Positions 1-9,802 of a stretch of DNA of 64,000 bases are shown here, one piece after another. The stretch lies in the NCBI GenBank assembly GCA_041664625.1, contig JBAYKK010000001.1, positions 1,956 to 65,955 of the forward strand, in the 5' to 3' direction. Positions within the stretch are counted from its first letter, which is position 1; each line of letters opens with the position of its first letter. Source of the stretch: Minisyncoccota bacterium (GTDB taxonomy: Bacteria; Patescibacteriota; Minisyncoccia; Phycocordibacterales; WO2-35-19). The translations under genes and the position numbers were made by a program. The notes beneath the pieces were generated by a model. It saw only the letters and a program-made list of their open reading frames with translations, was not told where the DNA came from and did no database searches.

Positions 1-20
1 TTGAAACTGAGTTATAATTA

Positions 21-72
21 AAGTCGCACTCTAGTCGACGTATCGTGCGACATGATTTCGCTAAATCATATG
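21..72 (+). promoter_or_regulatory. Two-hairpin 5' leader motif, copy 1 (copy 2 at 9803-9857)
   Basis: GTCGCAC(23-29)/GTGCGAC(45-51) stem, then ATGATTT-cgct-AAATCAT stem, lying between TATAAT (13-18) and ATG (70). Confidence 0.7.
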
Positions 73-2826
73 GAATACAAATTCCCACTACCAAAAATAC
101 CTTTTGAAAACACTGAGGATGAAATAACTCATTTGCGTAAATTGATTGCTGAAAAGGAAAAACATTTAGAAGATATTGGTTTAAAAAAAGAAGATCTTGC
201 GCCAGCCAGAGAAACTCTGGCACAATACAAAGCTGTTTCAGCAGGCAATACTCTCAGTCCTGGTTTTGAAATAAAAAAAGCTGACATAGAAAAAATAGTG
301 GTCAAACTTTCTCCAGAAGAGCACGACAAACAGATCAATGAGTTGGTCACTTTGGCCAAAGAAAAGGGCATCAAAAATGCTTTGGCAGTAGTAGAAAAAA
401 TGTCAAATTTTCATCTGACTGACGATTTCCATCGTTTTGTAGCTGAATATTTGAAAGAAGGCTTCACCATACCAGGTTTAAATATAAAAGAGAAAATTTC
501 TAAAGGCCTAGATATGGTTCTTTACGAAATCTTGATTCCAGAGGAAAGTAATAATGATAATGTCAAAAATACTCTGGAAGAAGTGATTTCTGGTATGGAG
601 CAGTTTTACGCTGGTATGCTTTCTATATCTGATTCTAACAAAGACGAAGGAAATTGGATGTCTTTGGAGATCGCCAATGCCAATTTTTCTCAAGAGATAA
701 TTTTTTATGTTGCGGTACCAAGTATAAGGAAAAATCTATTTGAAAAACAAATTCTTTCTATTTTTCACAATGCCAAAATCACCGAAAAACCCGATGATTA
801 TAATATTTTCAACGAGACCGGTGTGACGGTCGGAGTTTATGCTAAGTTTACCAAAAATCCGATTTACCCGATCAAAACATATGAAAGTTTTATTCACGAT
901 CCACTCAATGCGATGCTTTCTAGTTTTTCTAAGGTTAACCGAGACGGCGAAGGAGCCGCTATCCAACTTATTTGGTCGCCAGCCGGAGAAAAATACGTCA
1001 AAAGGTATAAAGGCGCTTTAGACAAAATCCAAAAAGGTGTGCCACTCAAAGAAGCTATTGATATTCCAGATAATTTTTCTGAAGATGTGGTGCATGTTTT
1101 TAAAGATTTTTTCTCATCGTCTTCTGATTCCAAAAATAAAGATGGTGTAGATAAAAAGCCAGAGCCAATTGATCAAAGCGCCGTAGCTGAAATAAACAAA
1201 AAAATATCAGCACCAATAGTCAGATGTAATTTAAGACTTTTAGCCTCGTCAAATACCAAAAATGAAGCCGAAGAAATATTGAGTAGCTTGAAATCTGGCT
1301 TCAATCAATTTGATAATACTTTGGGCAATGCTTTGGAATGGAAAAAAACTGACGGCGGTGATCTACGTAATTTAGTCAAAAATTTTAGCTTCAGGATTTT
1401 TGATGAGAGTTCTAGTTTGCCAATGAATTTAAGAGAGGTGACTTCAATAGTGCATTTCCACACCAAAGCTCTTTCGGCTTCCGAAGGTTTACGTCAATCC
1501 CGATCGGCTACTGCTCCAGCTCCGCTTGATATCGGTCAAGAAGGGCTACTTTTGGGTATAAATAAACACCGCAATATAGACACCGAAATAAAAATGGCAG
1601 AAGAAGATCGTTTGAGACACTTTTATTGCATCGGCCAGACTGGTACTGGTAAATCTACTTTGCTCAGAAAAATGATTATCCAAGATATCCAAATGGGCCA
1701 CGGAGTTTGTATGATCGATCCTCATGGTAATGATATCCAAGATGTTTTGGCAAGTGTACCACCCGAGAGATATGATGATGTTATCTATTTTGATCCGGCT
1801 TATACGCAGAGACCAATGGCTCTCAACATGTTGGAATTTGATGAAAATTTTCCTGAGCAAAAAACTTTTGTGGTCAATGAACTTTTCAGTATTTTTAGGA
1901 AACTATATGGCAACGTCCCCGAATCTATGGGCCCAGCTTTTGAGCAATATTTTAGAAACTCCGCTCTGCTTGTGATGGAAGACCCAGCTTCGGGTAACAC
2001 TTTGGTAGATATGTCGCGAGTGTTGTCAGACAAATCTTATCGAGATTTGAAAATGTCTAAATGCAAAAATCCTTTAGTCAAACAATTTTGGCTTAATGCC
2101 GAAAAAACCAGTGGTGATCAGGGACTGGCCAATTATGTGCAGTATGTGACCAACAAATTTGATGTATTTTTGGCCAACGAAATCATGCGTCCAGTCATAG
2201 CCCAAGAAAAATCTTCTTTCAATTTCCGCGACATCATGGATAACAAAAAGATTTTGTTGGTCAATCTTTCCAAAGGCAGACTAGGTGATATCAATGCCAA
2301 TTTGATCGGTTTGATTTTGGTGGGTAAGATTTTGATAGCCGCTCTTTCTCGTTCTGATTCTTTTGGTAAAGATTTCCCACCGTTTTATTTGTATATAGAT
2401 GAATTCCAAAACATTACTACCGATTCTATCGCTACTATTTTATCTGAAGCTCGCAAATACAAATTATCTTTAAATATTGCTCATCAGTTTATCGCTCAAT
2501 TGGAAGAAAACATCAAAGATGCAGTTTTTGGTAACGTAGGTTCTATCTGTGCTTTTAGAGTAGGAGCTGAAGATTCAGAAATTCTAGAAAAACAATTTAC
2601 CCCGACTTTTTCTAGTAGCGATTTGATGAATATAGATAATCTAAATGCTTATTTGAAACTTTTGGTAAATGGTAAGCCTGCCAAACCTTTTAATATTTTT
2701 GTACCATTTCCACCAAAAGGGGATTCTGTTCAGGCAGAAAAATTGAAAGAAATGTCTTATTTGAAATATGGTAAACCTCGCGAAGAAATAGAGAAATTGG
2801 TTTTGGAAAAATACAAAATAATATAA
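70..2826 (+). CDS. VirD4/TraD coupling-protein-like (HerA/DUF87-type) ATPase
   Basis: Walker A GQTGTGKS, IDPHG, Walker B LYIDEFQ, EARKY and AHQ motifs; start placed at ATG 70 after the leader hairpins. Confidence 0.8.
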   Translation: MEYKFPLPKIPFENTEDEITHLRKLIAEKEKHLEDIGLKKEDLAPARETLAQYKAVSAGNTLSPGFEIKKADIEKIVVKLSPEEHDKQINELVTLAKEKGIKNALAVVEKMSNFHLTDDFHRFVAEYLKEGFTIPGLNIKEKISKGLDMVLYEILIPEESNNDNVKNTLEEVISGMEQFYAGMLSISDSNKDEGNWMSLEIANANFSQEIIFYVAVPSIRKNLFEKQILSIFHNAKITEKPDDYNIFNETGVTVGVYAKFTKNPIYPIKTYESFIHDPLNAMLSSFSKVNRDGEGAAIQLIWSPAGEKYVKRYKGALDKIQKGVPLKEAIDIPDNFSEDVVHVFKDFFSSSSDSKNKDGVDKKPEPIDQSAVAEINKKISAPIVRCNLRLLASSNTKNEAEEILSSLKSGFNQFDNTLGNALEWKKTDGGDLRNLVKNFSFRIFDESSSLPMNLREVTSIVHFHTKALSASEGLRQSRSATAPAPLDIGQEGLLLGINKHRNIDTEIKMAEEDRLRHFYCIGQTGTGKSTLLRKMIIQDIQMGHGVCMIDPHGNDIQDVLASVPPERYDDVIYFDPAYTQRPMALNMLEFDENFPEQKTFVVNELFSIFRKLYGNVPESMGPAFEQYFRNSALLVMEDPASGNTLVDMSRVLSDKSYRDLKMSKCKNPLVKQFWLNAEKTSGDQGLANYVQYVTNKFDVFLANEIMRPVIAQEKSSFNFRDIMDNKKILLVNLSKGRLGDINANLIGLILVGKILIAALSRSDSFGKDFPPFYLYIDEFQNITTDSIATILSEARKYKLSLNIAHQFIAQLEENIKDAVFGNVGSICAFRVGAEDSEILEKQFTPTFSSSDLMNIDNLNAYLKLLVNGKPAKPFNIFVPFPPKGDSVQAEKLKEMSYLKYGKPREEIEKLVLEKYKII

Positions 2827-2849
2827 AAGAGGGTGGGCTGACCTTGCGG

Positions 2850-3104
2850 TCAGCCCTTGATATGAAAACGGAACTTTTTTTGTCCGCCACTTTTTTTTGC
2901 TCTTTCTTGGTGGCGGATTTGGGAAATCTCTTTTCTCAGCCGGGAGATTTCGGCGGGGTCCTTGATGCCGTGGCCCCTGATCACCATGGTCAAGAGGTGA
3001 GAAAAGTCGATTTTCTCAACTTTTTCACCCTTCAATCTGGCGTATTCGAAGTTCACTTCGTTGGCCATGTACATGGCCTCTGTGGGGAATGCGGTAGGTG
3101 GCAT
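2850..3104 (-). CDS. Small orphan protein with its own consensus promoter and RBS
   Basis: TTGACA(3152-3147)-16-TATAAT(3130-3125), AAGGAG RBS, hairpin at about 2833-2857. Confidence 0.55.
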   Translation of the reverse strand: MPPTAFPTEAMYMANEVNFEYARLKGEKVEKIDFSHLLTMVIRGHGIKDPAEISRLRKEISQIRHQERAKKSGGQKKFRFHIKG

Positions 3105-3255
3105 GCTTACTCCTTCTGCTTCCTATTATACCATATACACAATTTCTGTCAACTTGACTGTGGATAGCAAAAAATCTTGCTTTTTGACAGTTTTTCATTA
3201 GTATTGTTCTCGGAAGTCTTTTAGAGACTTGATCTTTGTTAGGGAGAAAAAAGTT

Positions 3256-4554
3256 ATGATGCAATCATGGCTTGATCCGTCAGAGCGTGAGTATTTGGTT
3301 TCTCGTTTACTCGAGAGCCAACTTATCAAATTTTCGAACGAAAGGAATTTGCCACTCAAAAGTGGTGGCAAGACTGACGTTTACATCAACTTGCGAGATG
3401 CTCGTAACGATCCACGAGCAATTGGGCTTGTTGCTAGAATGTTTGAAAACCCGCTACGGCGACTTAATCCGGCCCGCTTCATTGAAGTGCCGGATGCGGT
3501 GAGTTGCTTCGCTGGACCACTTTCAATGGCTCTCGGCATGTCATATATCACTGTTCGTGAGAAGCCGAAGGAAGGACGCGTGGCAAAAGCTACGGCCATC
3601 GGCTCAGCAAAGTTCGGAAGTACCGCAGTCATCATTGATGATGTTGTTACCGACGGCGAATCGAAAATCGTTCCGTTCTTCGAGGCAAAATCGATGGGAC
3701 TTCAGGTCAATGACCTCGTTGTTCTCGTCGATCGCCAACAGGGTTGGAAGAAAAAATTCGCTGAACGCGGTGTTGATCTCTCAGTTTGGCCAGGCATGAC
3801 ACTTCACGATGTGCGGAAACTTCTCATCTCGGATTTCGGGGTTATGCAGCGATGCAATCCCGAGACGGAAGAGAAAAATTGCATCATCGTGGCTCTCGAC
3901 GGCAAGAATTGGGAAGAGACGCTAGCGATCATCGACCCACTCCGCCCGTCTGGCTGCATCCTCAAGGTAAACGATCTCCTTTTTGATCAAGGGATCGCTA
4001 ACCTCATTCCCGATCTTCAGGTTTACGGACGAGTCATGGCCGATCTCAAATGCCATGACATTCCGAACACTGTGAAAAACACCTGCGAGCGACTTCGTAA
4101 GAATCCGCCATGGGCTGTTACCGTCCATGCTTCAGGTGCTTCCGGGATGGTTAAGGCTGCTGTCGATGCTCTAGTTGGTACGCCGACCAAGGTGCTCGCC
4201 ATCACGGTCCTTACCTCGATTGATTCGGTAACATGCGAAGATATTTACAATCGTCTTCCGCTGGATCAAGTGTTAATTCTGGCTGAGAAAGCATCTAAGG
4301 CGGGAGCACATGGTTTCGTTTGCTCTCCCGAGGAAGCACGCGAACTCAAACAAATCTATCCCGACAAAACGATTGTCACTCCGGGTATTCGCTCTGAAGC
4401 GACTCCCAAAGATGATCAAGCCAGGATTGCCACACCCTGTGGCGCCAGGGATAACGGTTCTAATTACCTGGTCATGGGCCGTCAAATCCTTGGGGCCAAG
4501 GACCCGGTTGCTGAAGTCAAACGAGTTCTGACTGAAGAACTCGAAATCAAGTAA
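3256..4554 (+). CDS. pyrEF: Bifunctional orotate phosphoribosyltransferase / OMP decarboxylase (pyrE-pyrF fusion)
   Basis: N-half LKSG, VIIDDVVTDGES (PRPP loop), VLVDRQQG; C-half IVALD, DLKCHDIPNT, TPGIR, DDQAR, VMGR. Confidence 0.9.
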   Translation: MMQSWLDPSEREYLVSRLLESQLIKFSNERNLPLKSGGKTDVYINLRDARNDPRAIGLVARMFENPLRRLNPARFIEVPDAVSCFAGPLSMALGMSYITVREKPKEGRVAKATAIGSAKFGSTAVIIDDVVTDGESKIVPFFEAKSMGLQVNDLVVLVDRQQGWKKKFAERGVDLSVWPGMTLHDVRKLLISDFGVMQRCNPETEEKNCIIVALDGKNWEETLAIIDPLRPSGCILKVNDLLFDQGIANLIPDLQVYGRVMADLKCHDIPNTVKNTCERLRKNPPWAVTVHASGASGMVKAAVDALVGTPTKVLAITVLTSIDSVTCEDIYNRLPLDQVLILAEKASKAGAHGFVCSPEEARELKQIYPDKTIVTPGIRSEATPKDDQARIATPCGARDNGSNYLVMGRQILGAKDPVAEVKRVLTEELEIK

Positions 4555-4678
4555 GTTTGGGAATCAATTTTCCAAAGGGTCGTCATGAAAGTGATGACCC
4601 ATTTTGTTTGTTGTTTTGTATTATTTTTTGTATTAAAATATAGTAAAGGTCATTATTAATTATTAATTTATAAATCGT

Positions 4679-4933
4679 ATGAATTGGCAAAGTTTTTATG
4701 CAGGTCCGGTCAGTGCAGGTTTTTTGGGTATGGCAGGGCTTTTGATTTTAGTAGTTGCTCTCTGGACAATTGTCTGGAAAGGCATGGCTCTTTGGAAAGC
4801 CGCTCAAGAAAAAAATAAAGTTTGGTTTGTAGTTTTGCTTTTGGTCAACACTGTTGGCATTTTGGATATACTTTATCTTTACGTCTTCAGCAAAAGGAAA
4901 TCAGTGACACCAGTCGAAGCTCCAAAAATGTAA
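4679..4933 (+). CDS. DUF5652-like small membrane protein
   Basis: WTIVWKGMALWKAA...WFVVLLLVNTVGILDILY. Confidence 0.75.
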   Translation: MNWQSFYAGPVSAGFLGMAGLLILVVALWTIVWKGMALWKAAQEKNKVWFVVLLLVNTVGILDILYLYVFSKRKSVTPVEAPKM

Positions 4934-4954
4934 TAATTTTTTGTTAAGCTTCAA

Positions 4955-4997
4955 AAAACAAAAACCATCTTTCATAAACATGAGAGGTGGTTTTTGT
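4955..4997. terminator. Bidirectional-type hairpin
   Basis: AACAAAAACCATCTT-TCAT..ATGA-GAGGTGGTTTTTGTT. Confidence 0.55.
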
Positions 4998-5043
4998 TGT
5001 GTTTTGGTGGGTTTGTTCTAATATGATAAATGGAGGTTTGGAA

Positions 5044-5424
5044 ATGAAGAAGACTGTTTTAGAGCCAAAGTATTGGCAAATGTCATTGGGTTTTCCATTG
5101 GCCAGATTGCTGAATCGGGTGGTCAGCAACTGTGGTTTCGCTGAAAAAGTAGAGGTGGTCTCGTTCCCTTCCAAGGAATGTTTCAGAGTATTGGTTTTTC
5201 TATTAGATCCATTAGGTGAGCCGATACACCGGGGTACTGGAAAGAGAGGTATTGAATTTATGAGGATCGAAATCAGGTTTCCTGACAGATTCAATATGAT
5301 TTTAGTGAATGCTAGTGGGGGTGGATTTGGTTTTGCCTTTTCTTCACCCACAGTTTTAGCTGTAAAATCAGAAAAAGCATTAACTGAAATTCTGTGTACA
5401 CTTTGGGTGGAAACCAATCCCTAA
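5044..5424 (+). CDS. Orphan hypothetical protein
   Basis: TATGAT -10 and GGAGG RBS before ATG 5044; terminator AAAAGCCATGAG-cgcgt-CTCATGGCTTTT at 5423-5451. Confidence 0.55.
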   Translation: MKKTVLEPKYWQMSLGFPLARLLNRVVSNCGFAEKVEVVSFPSKECFRVLVFLLDPLGEPIHRGTGKRGIEFMRIEIRFPDRFNMILVNASGGGFGFAFSSPTVLAVKSEKALTEILCTLWVETNP

Positions 5425-5462
5425 AAGCCATGAGCGCGTCTCATGGCTTTTTCGATTTTGCT

Positions 5463-6224
5463 TTACCAAATTTTTCTGAAAAGGCCACTCAATGGCTCGT
5501 GGCCGTTTTTGAATTCTTTTTGGTCTCCGTGTTTCTCTAATTCTTCATTGTATTTGAGGCCCATGCGGATCGGAGCTTTTTTAATCATTTCTAATATTTC
5601 GTTATGATCATCGGTGATGGTGTATAGCGAGAGATCATCTTTTGTTATAGTTTTGTTTTCAACTAAAAATTCTTTAAAGAATTTTTCTAATGCTGACCAA
5701 AAATTAACCCCTACTAATATTATAGGAGCTTTAGGAATCTTATTGGTTTGTACCAAAGTCAAAATTTCCAAAAATTCATCCAAAGTGCCAAAACCGCCAG
5801 GAAAGAAAACATAGGCTTCGGCCGAAAATGAAAGGCAAACTTTTCGGCTGAAAAAATAATGGAAATCTTCTTTGTCGGTTAAGTATCTGTTGTCTAATTG
5901 CTCGTGGGGCAATTCTATCGTCAGACCCAAAGAATTACCTCCAGCTTCAAATGCTCCACGATTGGCGGCTTCCATTATGCCGGGACCGCCACCTGTGGTC
6001 ACAGAATAATGAAGTTCGGTCACTATTTTGCCAGCCAGCTCTCTAGCTTTTTGATAACAAGGTTCATCTTCTTTGGTTCTGGCAGAACCAAAAAAAGTGA
6101 CAGATCTTGGGTAGTTTTTTACAAATTCAAAACCGTTTTCAAATTCTTTGGATATAAAAAGCACTCTTTTTTGAGCAGCTTCGCTTATTTCAGACAAAGT
6201 TATTGGGGCTTTTTGATTTTCCAT
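5463..6224 (-). CDS. LOG family (TIGR00730) Rossmann-fold protein
   Basis: FFGSAR, TGGGPGIMEAANRGA, PGGFGTLDE. Confidence 0.9.
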   Translation of the reverse strand: MENQKAPITLSEISEAAQKRVLFISKEFENGFEFVKNYPRSVTFFGSARTKEDEPCYQKARELAGKIVTELHYSVTTGGGPGIMEAANRGAFEAGGNSLGLTIELPHEQLDNRYLTDKEDFHYFFSRKVCLSFSAEAYVFFPGGFGTLDEFLEILTLVQTNKIPKAPIILVGVNFWSALEKFFKEFLVENKTITKDDLSLYTITDDHNEILEMIKKAPIRMGLKYNEELEKHGDQKEFKNGHEPLSGLFRKIW

Positions 6225-6307
6225 ATACTCACATTCTAATGGTTTTAAATAATAAGGCAATATGATAATATCTGGACAGTATTATTAAGAGCTAAATCAA
6301 ATCGCGT

Positions 6308-6808
6308 ATGAAAAAATTATCTAAAAAAGAGTGGGTCGCTGTCAGTGTGGGTGTGGTGTTTGTAGCTTACACTTTGTTTGGTGGTGATGTTTTGAGTTTA
6401 TTTCAAACGGGTAATACCAGTTCTAATTCTTTGGCAGCTACCGCTAGTGCCAACCCTACCAATAACAATGTCATCACAAGTGATGTCGTAGTTGGTCAAG
6501 GGGCTGAAGTCAAAGTGGGGCAGTTGGTTTCGGTTAATTATATCTTAGCTTTATCTGATGGTACCGTTGTGCAAAACTCTAAAGATTTTGGTCAAACTTT
6601 TAAATTTACCTTGGGTGCCGGAGAAGTGATCCCTGGTTGGGAAATGGGTTTTGCTGGTATGAGAGTTGGTGGTGTACGTGTCGTCACTATCCCTCCAGAA
6701 TTGGCTTATGGGGTCAACCAAGCTGGTCCTATACCTCCAAATTCAACTTTGATATTTACTATTGAATTAGTCGATGCTTCTGATATCGCCCCACAGCCAG
6801 TACAATAA
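6308..6808 (+). CDS. FKBP-type peptidyl-prolyl isomerase with N-terminal anchor
   Basis: VIPGWEMG, GMRVGG, IPPELAYG, IPPNSTLIF. Confidence 0.9.
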   Translation: MKKLSKKEWVAVSVGVVFVAYTLFGGDVLSLFQTGNTSSNSLAATASANPTNNNVITSDVVVGQGAEVKVGQLVSVNYILALSDGTVVQNSKDFGQTFKFTLGAGEVIPGWEMGFAGMRVGGVRVVTIPPELAYGVNQAGPIPPNSTLIFTIELVDASDIAPQPVQ

Positions 6809-6816
6809 ACTCATCA

Positions 6817-8019
6817 ATGTTAAAAATTGAAAATAAAATAAAAAACTCTCTCGGTAGAGCTGGAGTTTTGACTACGGCTCATGGTTCAATCCAAACTCCG
6901 GCTTTTGTGGCAGTGGGCACCAAAGCTACTGTCAAATCTTTGTCTCCAGAACAAGTCAAAGCGGCTGGTTCGCAAGTAGTTTTGGCCAACACTTATCATC
7001 TTTATTTAGAACCCGGAGAAAAAATAGTGAAAGAAGCCGGGGGCTTACATAAATTCATGAATTGGCAAGGTCCGACCATGACTGATTCGGGTGGTTTCCA
7101 AGCTTTTTCTTTGGGGGTGGCTTATGGTAGTAATTTAAATAAGTTTATTGTGAGTGATGCTCCGACAGTTGCCGAGATCGATGAAGCGTATGATAAAAAC
7201 AAAATAAAAAAAGCCAAAATAACTGAAAATGGAGTAGAGTTTCAATCTATTATCGATGGTAGTGCACATTTTTTTACGCCCGAAAAATCTATCCAAATTC
7301 AAAATGATTTGGGGGCGGATATTATTTTTGCTTTTGATGAGTGCACCTCGCCTCACGCTTCCAAAGAATATTTAAAAGAAGCTATGGAGAGGACCCACCG
7401 ATGGGCAAAACGTTGTTTAGATTTTCATAATAAAAAAGAACAATTCTTGTTTGGCATCGTGCAAGGTGGGCGCTATGAAGATTTGAGAAAAGAAAGTGCC
7501 AAAACGATAAGCGGTATGGACTTCGGTGGTTTTGGAGTGGGTGGTTCGTTTATAAAAGAAGATATGGCTACAGCAGTAAAATGGGTCAATGAGATATTGC
7601 CAGAAGAAAAACCTCGGCATCTTTTGGGAGTAGGGGAACCAGTAGATTTAATTTTGGGAGTAGAAAATGGTTGCGACACTTTTGATTGTGTCTCACCGAC
7701 GAGACTAGGACGTAACGGCACATTTTTCACTCACCAAGGCAAAATACATATTGAAAATACAAAATATAGAAACATTTTTGAACCGATAGAAAAAGACCTG
7801 CCCGACGGCAAGGCGGGTTGTGGGTGCTACACTTGCCAAAATTATACTGCCGCTTATGTTTCGCATCTTTTTAGAAGCAAAGAAATGTTGGCTGGCACAT
7901 TGGCCTCGATTCATAATCTTTATTTTTTGAATAATCTTATGTCACGAATTCGTCAGTCAATTTTGGACGGCACATTTTTTGAACTAAAAGAAGAATTTTT
8001 GAGAAATTATAAATCATAA
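6817..8019 (+). CDS. tgt: tRNA-guanine transglycosylase (carries a 7-aa palindrome-derived insert)
   Basis: NTYHL, TDSGGFQ, GIVQGG, DTFDCV, CxCxxC zinc site, HN motif. Confidence 0.95.
   Translation: MLKIENKIKNSLGRAGVLTTAHGSIQTPAFVAVGTKATVKSLSPEQVKAAGSQVVLANTYHLYLEPGEKIVKEAGGLHKFMNWQGPTMTDSGGFQAFSLGVAYGSNLNKFIVSDAPTVAEIDEAYDKNKIKKAKITENGVEFQSIIDGSAHFFTPEKSIQIQNDLGADIIFAFDECTSPHASKEYLKEAMERTHRWAKRCLDFHNKKEQFLFGIVQGGRYEDLRKESAKTISGMDFGGFGVGGSFIKEDMATAVKWVNEILPEEKPRHLLGVGEPVDLILGVENGCDTFDCVSPTRLGRNGTFFTHQGKIHIENTKYRNIFEPIEKDLPDGKAGCGCYTCQNYTAAYVSHLFRSKEMLAGTLASIHNLYFLNNLMSRIRQSILDGTFFELKEEFLRNYKS
7796..7818. repeat. REP-like palindrome in frame within tgt (encodes LPDGKAG)
   Basis: ACCTGCC-cgacggcaa-GGCGGGT directly before the CGCYTC zinc ligands. 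Confidence 0.65.
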
Positions 8020-8021
8020 CA

Positions 8022-8350
8022 AAAAGAAAAACCACATCCATCTCTCGACGGTTGTGGCTTTGCCAGGTTTCAGTTCCACGGGTTCTGGCTACCGGCTCGT
8101 TTTTTCCTGAGGTTTTAGCGAGTTCCTCTTCTTAATCCACTTGTGTCGTTCTCATTTCGAAGGCTCATTTTTTTGTTTCTTTCGACACTCTTTTTAAATA
8201 AAAAAAGTGTCTGGTCTAGCCTGGCCCCAAATATGGCCTGGGCTAGTTTTTGGATCGATTGCTGAGCAAGTGGGCGTTGTGCCTCTCCGCCTACCTGCTG
8301 TCACCCCTGTTTTAGAGCGGGTGGCTGCTCTTTCCTAGGTACGTCACTCT
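8022..8350 (-). ncRNA. Candidate structured non-coding RNA
   Basis: Minus-strand TTGACA(8384-8379)-16-TATGAT(8362-8357) with TGn, several GC stems, no ORF in the track, terminator-like hairpin plus U-tract at 8058-8022. Confidence 0.45.
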
Positions 8351-8480
8351 GTATATATCATAGCATAATCACATAATTTGTCAAGCATAATTTGCATTTT
8401 GTAAAATTAAGTGTTAAAAAACGGCTAAAAATAAGGATTTTTGCAAAATGGAGACAAAATGAGGTAGTATTTAGTCACTT

Positions 8481-9320
8481 ATGATTTACAATCTTTACAA
8501 ACAAAGAGGCGAAACACCGCTTGAATGCATCAGACGATTTGCCAAAAAGACTCCTGAGCTCAAAGGTCAGAAAATGACTTATCTGGGCAGGCTTGATCCG
8601 CTAGCCGAAGGAGTGTTGCTCATGGCCTCCGGTGAAGATACCAGTCAGGCTAGGCGTGAAGAATTTTTTGGATTAGATAAAGCTTACGATTTTGTCGCTA
8701 TATTTGGTTTTGCTACTGATAGTTATGATATTTTGGGCAAAATCGTCAGGGTAGAAAAATTGTCAGAACTTTTGGAAAATGATGTCAGGCGAGCGACTAT
8801 GATTTTTGAAGGCGAGCGCGAACAAGAATATCCTTTTTATTCTTCTAAAATGATCGCTAAAAGAAAAAATAAATTAAAAAATCAGAATACAAATTCTGAC
8901 TCCTCCTCCCTAAAGGGTTCCCACGGAGATCAAAATTTGCATCCCGATTTTTCTTCAGAGGACTTTCCTCAGAAGAAAGTGATCATTCACAAAATTCAGT
9001 TCCACAAACTAGAAACTTTAAATAATAAAGAACTTTTTGGGCGCTTACTCTCAGATATTTCCAAAGTGAATGGTGATTTTAGACAAAATGAGATTTTAAT
9101 TTTGTGGAATCAAATTTTATTTGGTTCAAAAAATGTTAAAGACAAAAAAGAAGCCAGTTATTTTATTGGCCGATTTAGTGCTGAAGTATCAAGTGGTACT
9201 TATATCAGGAGTTTGGTCAATGATTTGGGTAAAACTTTGGGTTGCGGAGCTACTACTCTTTCTATCAAGAGGACTCGAGTCGGGGATTTTAAGATAGAAG
9301 AGAGTTTACAATCTTTTTAA
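8481..9320 (+). CDS. truB: tRNA pseudouridine synthase B-like (carries in-frame hairpin insert)
   Basis: GRLDPLAEGVL, SSGTYIRSL, RTRVGDF. Confidence 0.85.
   Translation: MIYNLYKQRGETPLECIRRFAKKTPELKGQKMTYLGRLDPLAEGVLLMASGEDTSQARREEFFGLDKAYDFVAIFGFATDSYDILGKIVRVEKLSELLENDVRRATMIFEGEREQEYPFYSSKMIAKRKNKLKNQNTNSDSSSLKGSHGDQNLHPDFSSEDFPQKKVIIHKIQFHKLETLNNKELFGRLLSDISKVNGDFRQNEILILWNQILFGSKNVKDKKEASYFIGRFSAEVSSGTYIRSLVNDLGKTLGCGATTLSIKRTRVGDFKIEESLQSF
8877..8977. repeat. Long imperfect palindrome in frame within truB
   Basis: AAAAATCAGAATACAAATTCTGA ... TCAAAATTTGCATCCCGATTTTT (19/23; the four mismatches are G-U on the minus strand), followed by a second small hairpin. Confidence 0.65.
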
Positions 9321-9738
9321 CCATACTTCCGTCTGCATTCCCTTGGGTTTCTTTTATTATTGCTCCAATTAAAATTCCTACTTTACTTTTGTCTGTGATT
9401 TTTAATTCTTCAATTTTCAATTTTGCAATTTTTTCGATTTGATTCTCTGACATTTGAGCGGGCAAAAATTCTTCCAAAATTTTCATTTCAGCTTTTTCAT
9501 TTTCAGCCAAATCTTTGCGACCACCTTTTTCAAACTGTTCTATAGAATCTTTTCTTTGTTTGACTAATCGACGGATGACAGCGATAGCTTCTTCGTCGGA
9601 AAGTTTGTCTTGAGGTTTGCGTTTCAAATTCATCACTTCATTGGTAAAAGCGGCTAAAACGCCACGCAAAGTAGTGAGTCTGACTTCGTCTTTGGCTCGC
9701 ATAGCATCAGGGATTTGGTTTTGTATTTTTTCGTGCAT
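9289..9738 (-). CDS. GatB/YqeY domain protein
   Basis: AMRAKD..RLTTLR, KQRKDSIEQFEKGGRKDLAENEKAE, LPAQMSE. Confidence 0.9.
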   Translation of the reverse strand: MHEKIQNQIPDAMRAKDEVRLTTLRGVLAAFTNEVMNLKRKPQDKLSDEEAIAVIRRLVKQRKDSIEQFEKGGRKDLAENEKAEMKILEEFLPAQMSENQIEKIAKLKIEELKITDKSKVGILIGAIIKETQGNADGSMVKKIVNSLLS

Positions 9739-9802
9739 CGTATTTGGATGTTATTTTTAATGATTAAATTTTATCAAATTTCTGATATAATGAAAAGGAA
9801 AT

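Noticed and set aside
52-69. N-terminal extensions from upstream starts (also 9828, 11048, 12314, 39887, 44247, 58253, 63317)
   Set aside because: They run through leader hairpins, repeats, tRNA or promoter sequence; downstream starts fit the family N-termini better.
8022-8350. tmRNA, RNase P or SRP RNA
   Set aside because: No tRNA-like ends, no GAGGAAAGUCC, no SRP loop motif; kept only as an unknown ncRNA candidate.
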